This document shows, in pieces, positions 18,356 through 27,974 of a stretch of 64,000 nucleotides of DNA (position 1 is its first letter; the number at the start of each line of letters is the position of its first letter). Made by a program: the position numbers and the translations under genes. The notes beneath the pieces are model-generated. The model ran no database searches. It saw only the letters and a program-made list of their open reading frames with translations, and was not told where the DNA came from. This DNA is from an uncultured Clostridia bacterium (GTDB taxonomy: Bacteria; Bacillota; Clostridia; Christensenellales; Borkfalkiaceae): positions 9,482-73,481 of the forward strand of contig CATZIC010000001.1 of the NCBI GenBank assembly GCA_958419945.1, written 5' to 3'.

Positions 18356-19900
18356 CTACCCCCTTCTTATCTTTCCGATGTTTTCGGTTATAATTTCCTG
18401 TCCGCTGACGCCTTTAAAACTTAAATTTTTAAGGTTTAAGGCTTGTACGTTATTAAAATACATTCCTTTTTTGGAACACTTTTTAACGCCCGTCGCCATG
18501 GACGGCACACCGGATTTAGCGTCTTCTTTAAAGGTAAAACTTACGTTTTCCACTGTGATTTCGGAAATCGGCTGTTCGGGCAGCCCGTCGCAATATGCGG
18601 CGCAGACGTGACAGTTTTCGCAGACCATGTTTTTGAAACAGAATTTGCCAAGATAGGGCGTTCCGTCGTCTACGGGCAATTTTTCCCTTGACCAAACGTA
18701 TTCGCTGTACCTGTCGGGATCGCAGCAGTAGTAGTACATATTGATAACTATAGGCGTTAAAACGTCCTGCATTTTAATGTTTTCAAACACTACGCCGTCG
18801 ATAACCGCATACTTTCCTCTGCCACGGCGGGTTTTTATTCTTAGCCCGCGGTCGGTTGCCGAAAACAGACATTTATTGACGGTAAGATTTGTAACCCCTG
18901 CGGACATTTCACTGCCGAGAGTTATTGCTCCGTGTCCGTTTTCCATAAGGCAGTTACGGATTACGTGGCGGTTTGCCGGGCGTTTATATTTTTTTGCAAT
19001 ATAGCTTTTTCCCGATTTTATAGCGATACAGTCGTCACCTACGCTGAAATGACAGCCGATAATGTTTACCATATCGCAGGATTCGGGATCCAAACCGTCG
19101 GTGTTGGGGCTTATAGCCGGTGCCTTTACGGTTATACCGTAAAAGGATATATTACTGCTGAAATATGGGTGGAACTGCCACGAAGCTGCGTTTTGCCCCG
19201 TTACACCGTGGAAGGTAACGTTTTTACAATCGTTCAAAAACACCAAACGGGGTCTGCCGATTTTTCTTGCACGCACGTTTTCCCACCAGGTGGAATTTTG
19301 AGCGTTTCCGTCGATTATGCCCTCGCCTACTATCGCGACGTTACTAACACGGGCGCCGAAAATAAGCGCCTGGTGCATACATTTAGGAATACCTTCCCAG
19401 GAGCCGCACTGTAAATATCTATCCGAATACTCGTCTTTTATTTCGCCGGGGATTACGGGATAACGGGTTTCGTCCGTTACGCCTAAAAGAACGGCGCCCT
19501 CACATAATTCCAAAGTAATATCGCTTTTTAAAGTTATCGGCGCAGTAAGGTAAACGCCTTTTTTAAGTTGAAGCCTTCCGCCTTTCGGGAGGCAGTTTAT
19601 AGCCGTCTGAAGGGCAGTCGTGTCGTCGGCTTTTCCGTCCCCTTTTGCGCCGAAAGCCTGTGCCGTAACGCAAACGGTCTCTTTTTCTGTGCGGAAAGGA
19701 AGGGTAAAATCATACCCTTCTATACCCAAAAGGTATTCCGTATCGGGGGTTAGGCCGAAAAGGGAAAACACGTTGGTGTTTGCGGTTTTTACGGCGGCCC
19801 CGTTAAGGGTTACCGTAAAGCTTTTATCACAGTAATAACTTAGGTCGTTATCCCACTCGAAACAAGCGGAACAACTTGAAGTGTATAGTAGTTTTATCAT
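18356..19900 (-). CDS. GH28 polygalacturonase / exo-poly-alpha-galacturonosidase
   Basis: NTDGLDP, GDDCIAIKSG, GHGAITLGSE and RGLRIKT motifs. I prefer the ATG at 19900, 1 nt after the upstream stop, over the TTG at 19939. Confidence 0.88.
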   Translation of the reverse strand: MIKLLYTSSCSACFEWDNDLSYYCDKSFTVTLNGAAVKTANTNVFSLFGLTPDTEYLLGIEGYDFTLPFRTEKETVCVTAQAFGAKGDGKADDTTALQTAINCLPKGGRLQLKKGVYLTAPITLKSDITLELCEGAVLLGVTDETRYPVIPGEIKDEYSDRYLQCGSWEGIPKCMHQALIFGARVSNVAIVGEGIIDGNAQNSTWWENVRARKIGRPRLVFLNDCKNVTFHGVTGQNAASWQFHPYFSSNISFYGITVKAPAISPNTDGLDPESCDMVNIIGCHFSVGDDCIAIKSGKSYIAKKYKRPANRHVIRNCLMENGHGAITLGSEMSAGVTNLTVNKCLFSATDRGLRIKTRRGRGKYAVIDGVVFENIKMQDVLTPIVINMYYYCCDPDRYSEYVWSREKLPVDDGTPYLGKFCFKNMVCENCHVCAAYCDGLPEQPISEITVENVSFTFKEDAKSGVPSMATGVKKCSKKGMYFNNVQALNLKNLSFKGVSGQEIITENIGKIRRG

Positions 19901-19901
19901 T

Positions 19902-20528
19902 TTATTTACCGTAATTAGTTTTTTTGCGGCGGACGGCAAAAACTATCAGATCCTTAATTCCTATAAATACAAGGTCGTAAATAAGATAGAAAAGTCCGAA
20001 AAGGAAGGGTTCTACGCCTAAAACCACGGTTTCGGGAGGTAGGCCCCTTGCCGTAATTATCCACAAATTTATATAGTGATAGGTGTAAACCACCAAAACA
20101 ACCACTAAAAGAGCATAAGGAATGTTTACGAAAAAAGTCCAAAGCTTCTTTTTCGGAAGTAACATCCACTTGTCGTACTCACGATCGCTTGACTGGATAA
20201 ACCTAAATAGATTGTTGGTAAGTAGGTCGGTTGCCATGCCGATTGCGATACCGAGTATTAAAATTATTGCGAATGTGTCCTCGACAAACATGCCGAGTCC
20301 CCAATAAAAGAAGAAACAGCATGCGCCTGCAAACCAATATTTTATGAAAAGCGCCTTTAAAAAACTCGGAACTTTAGATAAAAAGCCCTGTTTTACAAGG
20401 GATTTTTCCTCTTCCGGAATTTCCCCTGCATCTTTGTCGGCGTTAACAAGTCTATTTACGGCGTCGGTATTTAATTGATAGTAATTTTGAATTTCTTCTT
20501 TAGCGTCGTCCTTAGTTTTCTTTGCCAT
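19902..20528 (-). CDS. Small polytopic membrane protein, unknown family
   Basis: Acidic/K-rich N-terminus followed by about 4-5 hydrophobic segments; tightly packed in the ABC/GH operon. Confidence 0.6.
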   Translation of the reverse strand: MAKKTKDDAKEEIQNYYQLNTDAVNRLVNADKDAGEIPEEEKSLVKQGFLSKVPSFLKALFIKYWFAGACCFFFYWGLGMFVEDTFAIILILGIAIGMATDLLTNNLFRFIQSSDREYDKWMLLPKKKLWTFFVNIPYALLVVVLVVYTYHYINLWIITARGLPPETVVLGVEPFLFGLFYLIYDLVFIGIKDLIVFAVRRKKTNYGK

Positions 20529-20592
20529 TTTTATTGGGATTTATATTCGTGAAAATGACTGTAACGCTAAATGCGGCGTTACAGTCAAAATA

Positions 20593-21279
20593 TTATTCGT
20601 CTTCTCTTTCAATAGCGCCCATCTCGGTGTTATACTCAACGTTAACCGAAGTATTGATTTTAGCGAGCAGTTTGCCGATAAACGGTGCTAAGCCAAACGC
20701 CAAACTTGCAATACCGATAAGAATAACGTGCGCTATCAGCATGCCTTTAACGGTAAAAAGATATTTGTACTTTTCCTGGAATGAAGATGTGAAATATTTG
20801 TCGGCATTGTTGATATATATGCCGTCAATAAGTTGCGAACGGTATACAAAGTCGCAAGCGATAACCGCAATCATCATTACGAAGAATATTGCAAGCATTA
20901 CGTAGTTGGGTTTGTGGCGGCGTGGATAAACGTTTATCATGCACACGAACCCCAAAATGGAAAATAGTACCGCAACAAATTGGCATATTCCCATATTTTC
21001 TTTGTTTATGTATGCGGTGGAGTTTGATACCGCCGTTAAATTAAGGGTATACACCAAAAGCGCAACTACGTATATAACCATAGCAATGTTATGGGGACGG
21101 CGTTTAAGTCCTACCATAAATTTGCGGAAAAATTCCTTAATCCAAGCGACAAAGGCGTTAGGTTTCTTTTTTGTATCGTCTTTTGCCGTTATTTCGCTAT
21201 TTTGTTGCTCTTTTACGGTTTCTTCGGTTTCTAAAGAGACGGTTTCCGCCATTTCTGTTTTTTCTAATGATTCGTTCAC
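20593..21279 (-). CDS. Small polytopic membrane protein, unknown family
   Basis: GTG start with an AGGAGGGAG RBS embedded in the last codons of the ATPase gene. Charged N-terminus, then about 4 TM segments. Confidence 0.65.
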   Translation of the reverse strand: MNESLEKTEMAETVSLETEETVKEQQNSEITAKDDTKKKPNAFVAWIKEFFRKFMVGLKRRPHNIAMVIYVVALLVYTLNLTAVSNSTAYINKENMGICQFVAVLFSILGFVCMINVYPRRHKPNYVMLAIFFVMMIAVIACDFVYRSQLIDGIYINNADKYFTSSFQEKYKYLFTVKGMLIAHVILIGIASLAFGLAPFIGKLLAKINTSVNVEYNTEMGAIEREDE

Positions 21280-21289
21280 GGTCTCCCTC

Positions 21290-22348
21290 CTATCTTATTG
21301 CGTTTGTGGTTTCTTTATCGAAGAAGTGCATACGGTCAAACCCGACTTTTACTACGTCGCCGAGTTTGTAATTTGCCCAGTAATGCAGTTTTGCAACCGC
21401 TTTTTTACTGCCTATATGTCCGTGCACCAAGGTGTTTTGTCCTAAATTTTCATTATTTGTAACGTTTAAAGTGATTTCACCGTTTTCAACGATGTTTTCG
21501 GGGCGAACGCCGAGGACTATTTCTTTACCCTCGTAATTAGCTAAAAGGCTACGCTGATTATCGTCCAAAGTTACGCTAAAGCCGTCCCCTAAAAGGGCGC
21601 CTTTTCCCACCTTTACGTCGAAAAAGTTCATTGGAGGAAGTCCTATAAAGCTTGCAACGAAAAGGTTGTTAGGGGTATCGTAAAGTTCTAACGGAGTTCC
21701 GATCTGCTGTACGTGCCCCATAGACATACAAACGATTCTGTCAGCCAAAGTAAGAGCTTCGGTCTGATCGTGAGTTACGTACAAAATAGTGGCCTTTAAA
21801 CGTTTATGTAAAAGCAAAATTTCACGGCGCATTGCACCACGAAGTTTTGCGTCGAGGTTTGAAAGCGGTTCGTCAAACAAAAATACTTTGGGGTTACGGA
21901 CGATTGCCCTGCCCATTGCAACCCTTTGGCGCTGTCCGCCGGAAAGTTGCTTAGGCTTTTTATTTAGCTGAGAAGTAAGCCCTAAAATTTCCGCCGCCGC
22001 CATAACCTTTTCGTGAATAACGTTTTTGTTTTCCTTTCTTAAAATAAGGGAAAACGCCATGTTTTCATAGACCGTCATGTGCCCGTAGAGAGCGTAGTTT
22101 TGGAAAACCATTGCCTCGTCCCTATCTTTTGGGGGCATTCTCGTAACGTCCACTCCGTCGATTATAAGGGTGCCGGAAGTTATATCTTCAAGACCTGCAA
22201 CCATACGAAGGGTGGTGGACTTTCCACAGCCTGAAGGACCGACTAAAACGATAAATTCTCCATCATTTACGTCTAAGTTAAAGTCGTACACCGCTTGTAC
22301 GTTGTTATCGTAAATTTTATCTAAATGTTGTAATTTAAGTTCTGCCAT
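21290..22348 (-). CDS. Sugar ABC importer ATP-binding protein (MsmK/MsmX/MalK-like)
   Basis: Walker A GPSGCGKST, signature LSGGQRQRVA, Walker B FLFDEPLSNLD, C-terminal MalK-type regulatory domain. Confidence 0.92.
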   Translation of the reverse strand: MAELKLQHLDKIYDNNVQAVYDFNLDVNDGEFIVLVGPSGCGKSTTLRMVAGLEDITSGTLIIDGVDVTRMPPKDRDEAMVFQNYALYGHMTVYENMAFSLILRKENKNVIHEKVMAAAEILGLTSQLNKKPKQLSGGQRQRVAMGRAIVRNPKVFLFDEPLSNLDAKLRGAMRREILLLHKRLKATILYVTHDQTEALTLADRIVCMSMGHVQQIGTPLELYDTPNNLFVASFIGLPPMNFFDVKVGKGALLGDGFSVTLDDNQRSLLANYEGKEIVLGVRPENIVENGEITLNVTNNENLGQNTLVHGHIGSKKAVAKLHYWANYKLGDVVKVGFDRMHFFDKETTNAIR

Positions 22349-22364
22349 AATTTTCCTCGATTAC

Positions 22365-22877
22365 TTAGCTCGGTTGTTCTTCGCCGATTGTTTTACGATA
22401 ATCAGCCAAAATCTTGCTTCTTATAACGCCGATTATGCCGGCTGTTATAAGGATTACGCCCGAAGATATAAGATAGATTATAACACGGATAAACTGTGCG
22501 GTTTCCATAACCATTTGTTGGCTTTCAGCGGTAACCGGTGTTGCGTGCGCTTTTAAGGGATAATAAACTATCCTTAAAAGTTGAAGTGCACCGACAACTA
22601 TTAAAGCTATGCCGTATGCGGGTTTATAGTTTTTAATGCCTTCCGAACATAAAAAGCAAGCTAGCATAAATATAAGATTATATATTACCGACATAAACAT
22701 TGGAAACGAGTAATAATATCTTACGTTAGATTTATATATACTGACGAAATAGAAAACGTTTAATAAAATTGCCAAAATTGCAAGGCTTGAGGGCAATTTG
22801 TTTTTTGAAAAACGCATCCTGTCCTTTTTTATAGTAGCTGCGTCCATAATAACGTCCGTATTGTTTACGTTTTTCAT
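22365..22877 (-). CDS. Small polytopic membrane protein, unknown family
   Basis: ATG at 22877 overlaps the upstream stop (ATGA) and has a GGGGAGG RBS; about 4 TM segments. Confidence 0.65.
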   Translation of the reverse strand: MKNVNNTDVIMDAATIKKDRMRFSKNKLPSSLAILAILLNVFYFVSIYKSNVRYYYSFPMFMSVIYNLIFMLACFLCSEGIKNYKPAYGIALIVVGALQLLRIVYYPLKAHATPVTAESQQMVMETAQFIRVIIYLISSGVILITAGIIGVIRSKILADYRKTIGEEQPS

Positions 22878-23482
22878 AAAGCCGCCTCCCCGTTTAACAG
22901 TTCGTTTTCCTTTTTCATCAAAAGTTTTTTCCAAATTACGTTGAATATAAGAAGTCCCGCAACTATTATAAGTAGCGCCGATATAACGTAGCCTATATCA
23001 AAGCAAAAAGTGGAATCGCTATAAATTGTATTGTTCTTTTCACTGAATGCTTTTAACTCCTCGAAATCCACCAATAAATATTGCGCACGATAAATGCTAA
23101 GATTTATAATAGTAAATATCGCTGCGGCAATATTCGCCACGCTTATTAAGCCGGCGGATATGTAGTTACCTATGTAATATTTTCTTCTTGACTTGCTGCA
23201 CGTTATGAAAAAGGTGAGCGAAATCAGGATTACGCCGACAGCAACGAACAAAAGTTGCGTATTAAAATCCTGCATATTGTAGAATATTTTTGCGCCTTTT
23301 ACGTATTCAGCCGTTTCTTCGAAACCTGCTTCAACTAACTCTTCTTTTTCGAGATCGTATGCTTCATACAAAGTAACGTATATATTCGTCATTATAGACA
23401 GTGCGTAAATAAAATAGACAACGAATACCCCAATAAGAAGGAATGATAGTATCTTTTGAAATTTTAGTTGTGCCTTGAACAT
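22874..23482 (-). CDS. Small polytopic membrane protein, unknown family
   Basis: ATG at 23482 is preceded by AAGGAG; about 4 TM segments. Confidence 0.65.
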   Translation of the reverse strand: MFKAQLKFQKILSFLLIGVFVVYFIYALSIMTNIYVTLYEAYDLEKEELVEAGFEETAEYVKGAKIFYNMQDFNTQLLFVAVGVILISLTFFITCSKSRRKYYIGNYISAGLISVANIAAAIFTIINLSIYRAQYLLVDFEELKAFSEKNNTIYSDSTFCFDIGYVISALLIIVAGLLIFNVIWKKLLMKKENELLNGEAAL

Positions 23483-23571
23483 AGGTTCTCCTTTAATTTC
23501 CGTGAAGGTTAAAGGGCTTATCCCCTTCATATATTTTATAATTAGTAAAATTTAGGATTTTGCCGCTTTTT

Positions 23572-23595
23572 GTGGGGGAAGATTTCTTCCCCCAC
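23572..23595 (-). other. Intercistronic 10-bp GC-rich stem-loop after the binding-protein gene, with no T-run
   Basis: GTGGGGGAAG-ATTT-CTTCCCCCAC. Confidence 0.7.
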
Positions 23596-23617
23596 GTGCG
23601 GTAAGAACAAATATTAA

Positions 23618-25723
23618 TTATTTGTTGATTTTGTTGTAATAAAGTTTAAGTCTTTCCCAAGCGCTGTTCTTGATTTCAAGATATCTTTCTGCGCCCCATT
23701 CGCCCTTAGTTACGGAAAGTGCGGTTGCACGGCTGGTAACTTCGGGGGTATTGGACATGCTGTAACCATTTGCAACGATGTCTAAAAGCATGTTGTACTG
23801 TTTCTTTTCCTGGCTGAATTTACCGCTGCTTGAAAGCTGAGTAAACGTGCTTATTGTGGTGTTTTCAGTGTTGGTGTGCGGTAAAACGGTAGGAACGGAA
23901 GTGTACCAAGCGTTTTCGGCGAGAGCGAGTTCGGGATGCTTAATGGTGCCGAGAGCGATAGCTGCGGAGAGTTTTGCAGCGCCTTCTTTACCTACTTCGT
24001 GAGTGCACTGATATTCGAAAGCCTGAGACTTAACGAAACTTAAAGTGGAGCCTAAATACCAACGAGCATAGTTGGTGTAGCTGCCGCTTCCCTTGGACCA
24101 AAGTTCTTCATAAGTTTTGTCGGAAATAACAGGCATCTGTTTGCCGTTGAAGTTGAAGGTTACATAGCTTCCGTCTGCATTGGTCTTAATGAAAGCGTCG
24201 GGACCGTAGGACATAAGGATCTGACCTTCTTCACTATACGCATAATCGATAAGTGCGAGTGCTGCGTTTAATTTGTCGGGGTTATCTTTAACGCCTTCTG
24301 CGGAGATTGCCCAACCATCAGTCTTAACGGAACGCCAAGATTCGGTGAATCTCATGTATTTTTCTTCTCCGTCATTCCATTTTGCAACGGGAACCATAGC
24401 AGCGCAGTATTTTTCGCCTTCCTGAAGTTTGGTCTGGTTGTAAACGGTCTGAGTCTGGCTGTAGTCGTAAGACATAAGACCAGCGTCTTTTTCAAGATAG
24501 GTATCGGATTTACCGGTACCGGTCATGATAATAAGACCTTCTTTGTACATTTGGTTCATCTTTTCCATAGCAACGTAGGTAGATTCGTCCTGACGAGCGT
24601 CATGAAGTTTACCATCGGTACCAACGTAAAGATAATCCTGTCTGGATTCTAAACCACGAACACCGAACAAAGTGCCTGCAAAGCGGAATAAGTCAACCTG
24701 ACGTTGGTTGCTGCTGGTTTCACGAGAATAAAGACCGGAAATGGGGTTGCCGTCAACGTCGTTCTTGTTTGCAACTGCGCAGCGGAGGAGAGCTACCATT
24801 TCGTCAGCATCCCAGCAAGCGTTGTAGCCGAGGAAGAGGTCTGAACGTTTGGTTCCATAATATCCGTCATAAGTTTTGTCGATATAATCACGGAACATTG
24901 CAACAGCTTCTACACCGGTGATGGTGCCTGCTTCGTTCATCTTTTTGATGATGTTGAAGCCATCGTCGTCATAATTCTTGGTGATGGTGGTGGTTGCGGT
25001 GCCGTCAGCGTTTAAGGATTCTACTGCTACTTTGCCTTCTGTAGGCATGTAAGGAGTGTAAGCTGCGGTTGCTAAATTTCTTGTGTTAGCGTTTGTGTAA
25101 GCTTCTTCGCCGTCCAAAAGTTCCATAACCCAGTCAGCACGCATTAAGGGCATACGTTCGATATCGTTAACGCCGTCAAAGTAAGGCGAGAAGTAAATAG
25201 CGCCGTCAGCTACGTTACCGGTTACGGACAAACGAACGATGGGGTTAGCTTCGAGATATGCTTTGAAGTTAGGCATTTTGTCAAGATACTGAGCGATATT
25301 GACAACTTTGCCCGCAGGACCTGCTGCGTTCAATAAGTTAGCGGTACCGGATACCATATCTACGTCGCCGAGTTTTGCTTCCCAATAAGCCCATTCTTCA
25401 CTTGCTTTTTTACCCTGATACTTGTCTTCGAATTCAACTTTGAGTTTCTTTTCGAGTTCTGCCCAAGTAGGTTTAAGGTCGCCGGTGTGATAGGTTTGAC
25501 CGTCTGCCAAAGTAACGCCTTCGCCTGCTTTTGCAGCGCTGAAAGCAATACCTGTGTCTGCACTGTTGTAACCGGTTGCCATACGAAGAACGGTTCCGTC
25601 TGCATATTCGAGCTTAGGTGTGTTATCAGAACCGCTGCTACCCTGATCGGGGGGAGTACATGCTACGATAGAACAAGCTAATACTAAAGCGAGTACAATC
25701 GTAAGAAGTTTGAATTTTTTCAT
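23618..25723 (-). CDS. Extracellular solute-binding lipoprotein, LplA-like but enlarged to about 700 aa
   Basis: Lipobox LVLAC|S after MKKFKLL; GGAGGT RBS; family-1-like SBP downstream of two permease genes. Confidence 0.85.
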   Translation of the reverse strand: MKKFKLLTIVLALVLACSIVACTPPDQGSSGSDNTPKLEYADGTVLRMATGYNSADTGIAFSAAKAGEGVTLADGQTYHTGDLKPTWAELEKKLKVEFEDKYQGKKASEEWAYWEAKLGDVDMVSGTANLLNAAGPAGKVVNIAQYLDKMPNFKAYLEANPIVRLSVTGNVADGAIYFSPYFDGVNDIERMPLMRADWVMELLDGEEAYTNANTRNLATAAYTPYMPTEGKVAVESLNADGTATTTITKNYDDDGFNIIKKMNEAGTITGVEAVAMFRDYIDKTYDGYYGTKRSDLFLGYNACWDADEMVALLRCAVANKNDVDGNPISGLYSRETSSNQRQVDLFRFAGTLFGVRGLESRQDYLYVGTDGKLHDARQDESTYVAMEKMNQMYKEGLIIMTGTGKSDTYLEKDAGLMSYDYSQTQTVYNQTKLQEGEKYCAAMVPVAKWNDGEEKYMRFTESWRSVKTDGWAISAEGVKDNPDKLNAALALIDYAYSEEGQILMSYGPDAFIKTNADGSYVTFNFNGKQMPVISDKTYEELWSKGSGSYTNYARWYLGSTLSFVKSQAFEYQCTHEVGKEGAAKLSAAIALGTIKHPELALAENAWYTSVPTVLPHTNTENTTISTFTQLSSSGKFSQEKKQYNMLLDIVANGYSMSNTPEVTSRATALSVTKGEWGAERYLEIKNSAWERLKLYYNKINK

Positions 25724-25830
25724 TTTTACCTCCATATATTTGCTATATTTTTCCGTTTTCACGGTTTAAGCCTTGATTGATTTTTAAGAGAATAGTGAAA
25801 TAACTATCGCCAAATAAATTAGTTTGGGCG

Positions 25831-25868
25831 TCTGGATTACCACGGAGCTTTAGCTCCTTTGAGTGACG
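25831..25868 (+). repeat. Repeat module M2 (diverged) between the permease and SBP genes
   Basis: TCTGGATTACCAC-GGAGCT-TT-AGCTCC-TTTGAGTGACG. Confidence 0.75.
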
Positions 25869-25876
25869 ATATAAAA

Positions 25877-26767
25877 TTACTCTTTGACGCCGCCCATATT
25901 TACGCCCTTTGCAAAGTATTTTTGAATAAAGGGGTATATGACTAAAATGGGGATTACCGCACATACGACGAGGGCGTAGATTGCGGAGTTTGGTGCGTAG
26001 TTTTTGCTCCACCCCGCCAAATACTCTGAGTCGGTTAGTTCGGTTAGCGTGTCGTGAATGAATACCTGCAGAGGAACTTCGTTACGGTTACTAATCATTT
26101 GGTTTGCCCAGTAGTAACCATTCCAACGGGAGATCGCAAAGAACAGTGCGACCGTTGCGATGGTGGATTTACTCATCGGTATGTAGACTTTAAATAAAAC
26201 CTGCATTTCGGTTGCGCCGTCCACCCTTGCGGCCTCTTCGATTTCGGAAGGTACGCCTTCGAAAGCGTTACGAAGAAGTATAATGTTCATAGCAGCCATA
26301 CCCATTGCGATAACTATGAGCCACTTATCGTCGGTAATACCTACGCCTTCAAAAACCTTTTGAGTTGCAAGGTAGTTTAAATACTGCGGTACGATACCTG
26401 CCGAAAACCACATAGTAAATACCAAGAAGAAGTTGAAGCCTTTTCTAAATAGCAATCTCTTTTTTGAAAGCGCATAACCGCCAAGGATTGCTACGCCAAG
26501 CGCCCAAATGGTACCGTAAAGGGTTAAAAACAGTGTGTTTGTGTAAGCGTTCCAGAACATGTTGTTACCAAACATGCTTGCAAAAGCTTCAAACTGTATG
26601 TCTTTTGGGAAAAGGATGACTTCGTTATACTCTACAGCATGTCTTCCGGATATTGCAGCCGAGATGGCGTACAAGAAGGGATACAGACAACAAATAGCGA
26701 ATATCGTAAGGAAAACGTAACTTATAATTTTAAAAATCAGTTCGGATACTTCCAGTTTTCTTTTCAT
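25877..26767 (-). CDS. Carbohydrate ABC transporter permease (LplC-like)
   Basis: EAA loop EAARVDGATEMQVLFKVYIPM; 6 TM segments. Confidence 0.9.
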   Translation of the reverse strand: MKRKLEVSELIFKIISYVFLTIFAICCLYPFLYAISAAISGRHAVEYNEVILFPKDIQFEAFASMFGNNMFWNAYTNTLFLTLYGTIWALGVAILGGYALSKKRLLFRKGFNFFLVFTMWFSAGIVPQYLNYLATQKVFEGVGITDDKWLIVIAMGMAAMNIILLRNAFEGVPSEIEEAARVDGATEMQVLFKVYIPMSKSTIATVALFFAISRWNGYYWANQMISNRNEVPLQVFIHDTLTELTDSEYLAGWSKNYAPNSAIYALVVCAVIPILVIYPFIQKYFAKGVNMGGVKE

Positions 26768-26779
26768 AATTCTCCTCCC

Positions 26780-27829
26780 TTAGTAAAGCGATACGTCTGA
26801 CGCTTTTCTTGCTATTGTGTTTGCGCCTATAACGAGTAACATACCTACGACGTTATTAAGCATTTCCGCCGCAGATGCGATTCCCTGATCAGCGTTTTCA
26901 ACACCTTTCCTTGCGGCAAAGGTGGAAACAACGTCTGCGGTTTCGTAGATTTCTACGTCATATAAAAGGATAACCTTTTCGTAGCCGATGCTAAGTAGGT
27001 GGCCGATACGGGTAATAAGCATTATTACTATCGTAGACAAAATGCAGGGAAGGACTACGTACCTCATTTGTGCCATTTTGCCTGCGCCGTCGATCTGTGC
27101 CGCCTCATAACTTGTCGGGCTTACGGCGATTATTGCGGCAAAGAATACTATGCTGTCATAACCTGCGGTTTCCCATATACCGCTTATTTGGTATATTGCC
27201 CTGAAATATTTCGGATCGTTTAAAAGGCCCGCTTTTGCCGCCTCATCCGAAATAATGCCTAATTTTGACAAAAATCTTGAAATAATACCCATGCCGGAAA
27301 CGATATCGCTTTCTTTTACAAGCATTATTACAAGCGTGGTCATTATAACGGTGGACATAAATTTGGGAAGATAGGTCAAAACCTGATACACGCTACGCAT
27401 AATGTTGGACTTAATTTCATTAAAGAAAAGCGCCAAAATTATGGGCATGGGGAAACCAAAGCAAAGCCCGTAGAAACTTAATAAGAAAGTGTTTCTGAAA
27501 GCACGCCAAAACTCCGGCGCCTCGGCACCGGTGAACATCAGTCTTAGGAAGTTACCAAGTCCGACGAAGTATTGATCGGCTACGTCTTTGCCGACTTCGG
27601 TCAACTTAAAGCAGCCCAAAAGCTCGTACATCGGGAAGTAACGCCAAAATAGGAACACCAAAAGCATGGGAACGAGCATTAGATAAAGTCGCCAATCTTT
27701 TAATATTGTCTTGAAAGTGTTCTTCCAATGGTGCTTTTCTACGTCGTCCCTTACGGCTTGTTCGGGGTCCATTACGTACTTTTGTGTTTTTTCATCGTAA
27801 ATTATGTAGTTATCTATTGCTTTCGACAT
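26780..27829 (-). CDS. Carbohydrate ABC transporter permease (LplB-like)
   Basis: EAA loop EAAQIDGAGKMAQMRYVVLP; GGAGGA RBS. Confidence 0.9.
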   Translation of the reverse strand: MSKAIDNYIIYDEKTQKYVMDPEQAVRDDVEKHHWKNTFKTILKDWRLYLMLVPMLLVFLFWRYFPMYELLGCFKLTEVGKDVADQYFVGLGNFLRLMFTGAEAPEFWRAFRNTFLLSFYGLCFGFPMPIILALFFNEIKSNIMRSVYQVLTYLPKFMSTVIMTTLVIMLVKESDIVSGMGIISRFLSKLGIISDEAAKAGLLNDPKYFRAIYQISGIWETAGYDSIVFFAAIIAVSPTSYEAAQIDGAGKMAQMRYVVLPCILSTIVIMLITRIGHLLSIGYEKVILLYDVEIYETADVVSTFAARKGVENADQGIASAAEMLNNVVGMLLVIGANTIARKASDVSLY

Positions 27830-27940
27830 CAGATTCCTCCGCTACTACTTAATTTATAGTTGTATTTTTCTTATCTATATTTTTTATATTTTTTTCGTGT
27901 TATGATTTTGTAAGGCTGCAAATTTTTCGCATTTTTTTTA

Positions 27941-27968
27941 AAAAGTGAGCCTATAGGTCGGTTATTGA
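27941..27968 (-). repeat. Repeat module M1, inverted orientation, stem variant CGACC-TATA-GGTCG
   Basis: The reverse complement reads TCAATAACCGACCTATAGGCTCACTTTTT. Confidence 0.7.
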
Positions 27969-27974
27969 GACTTT

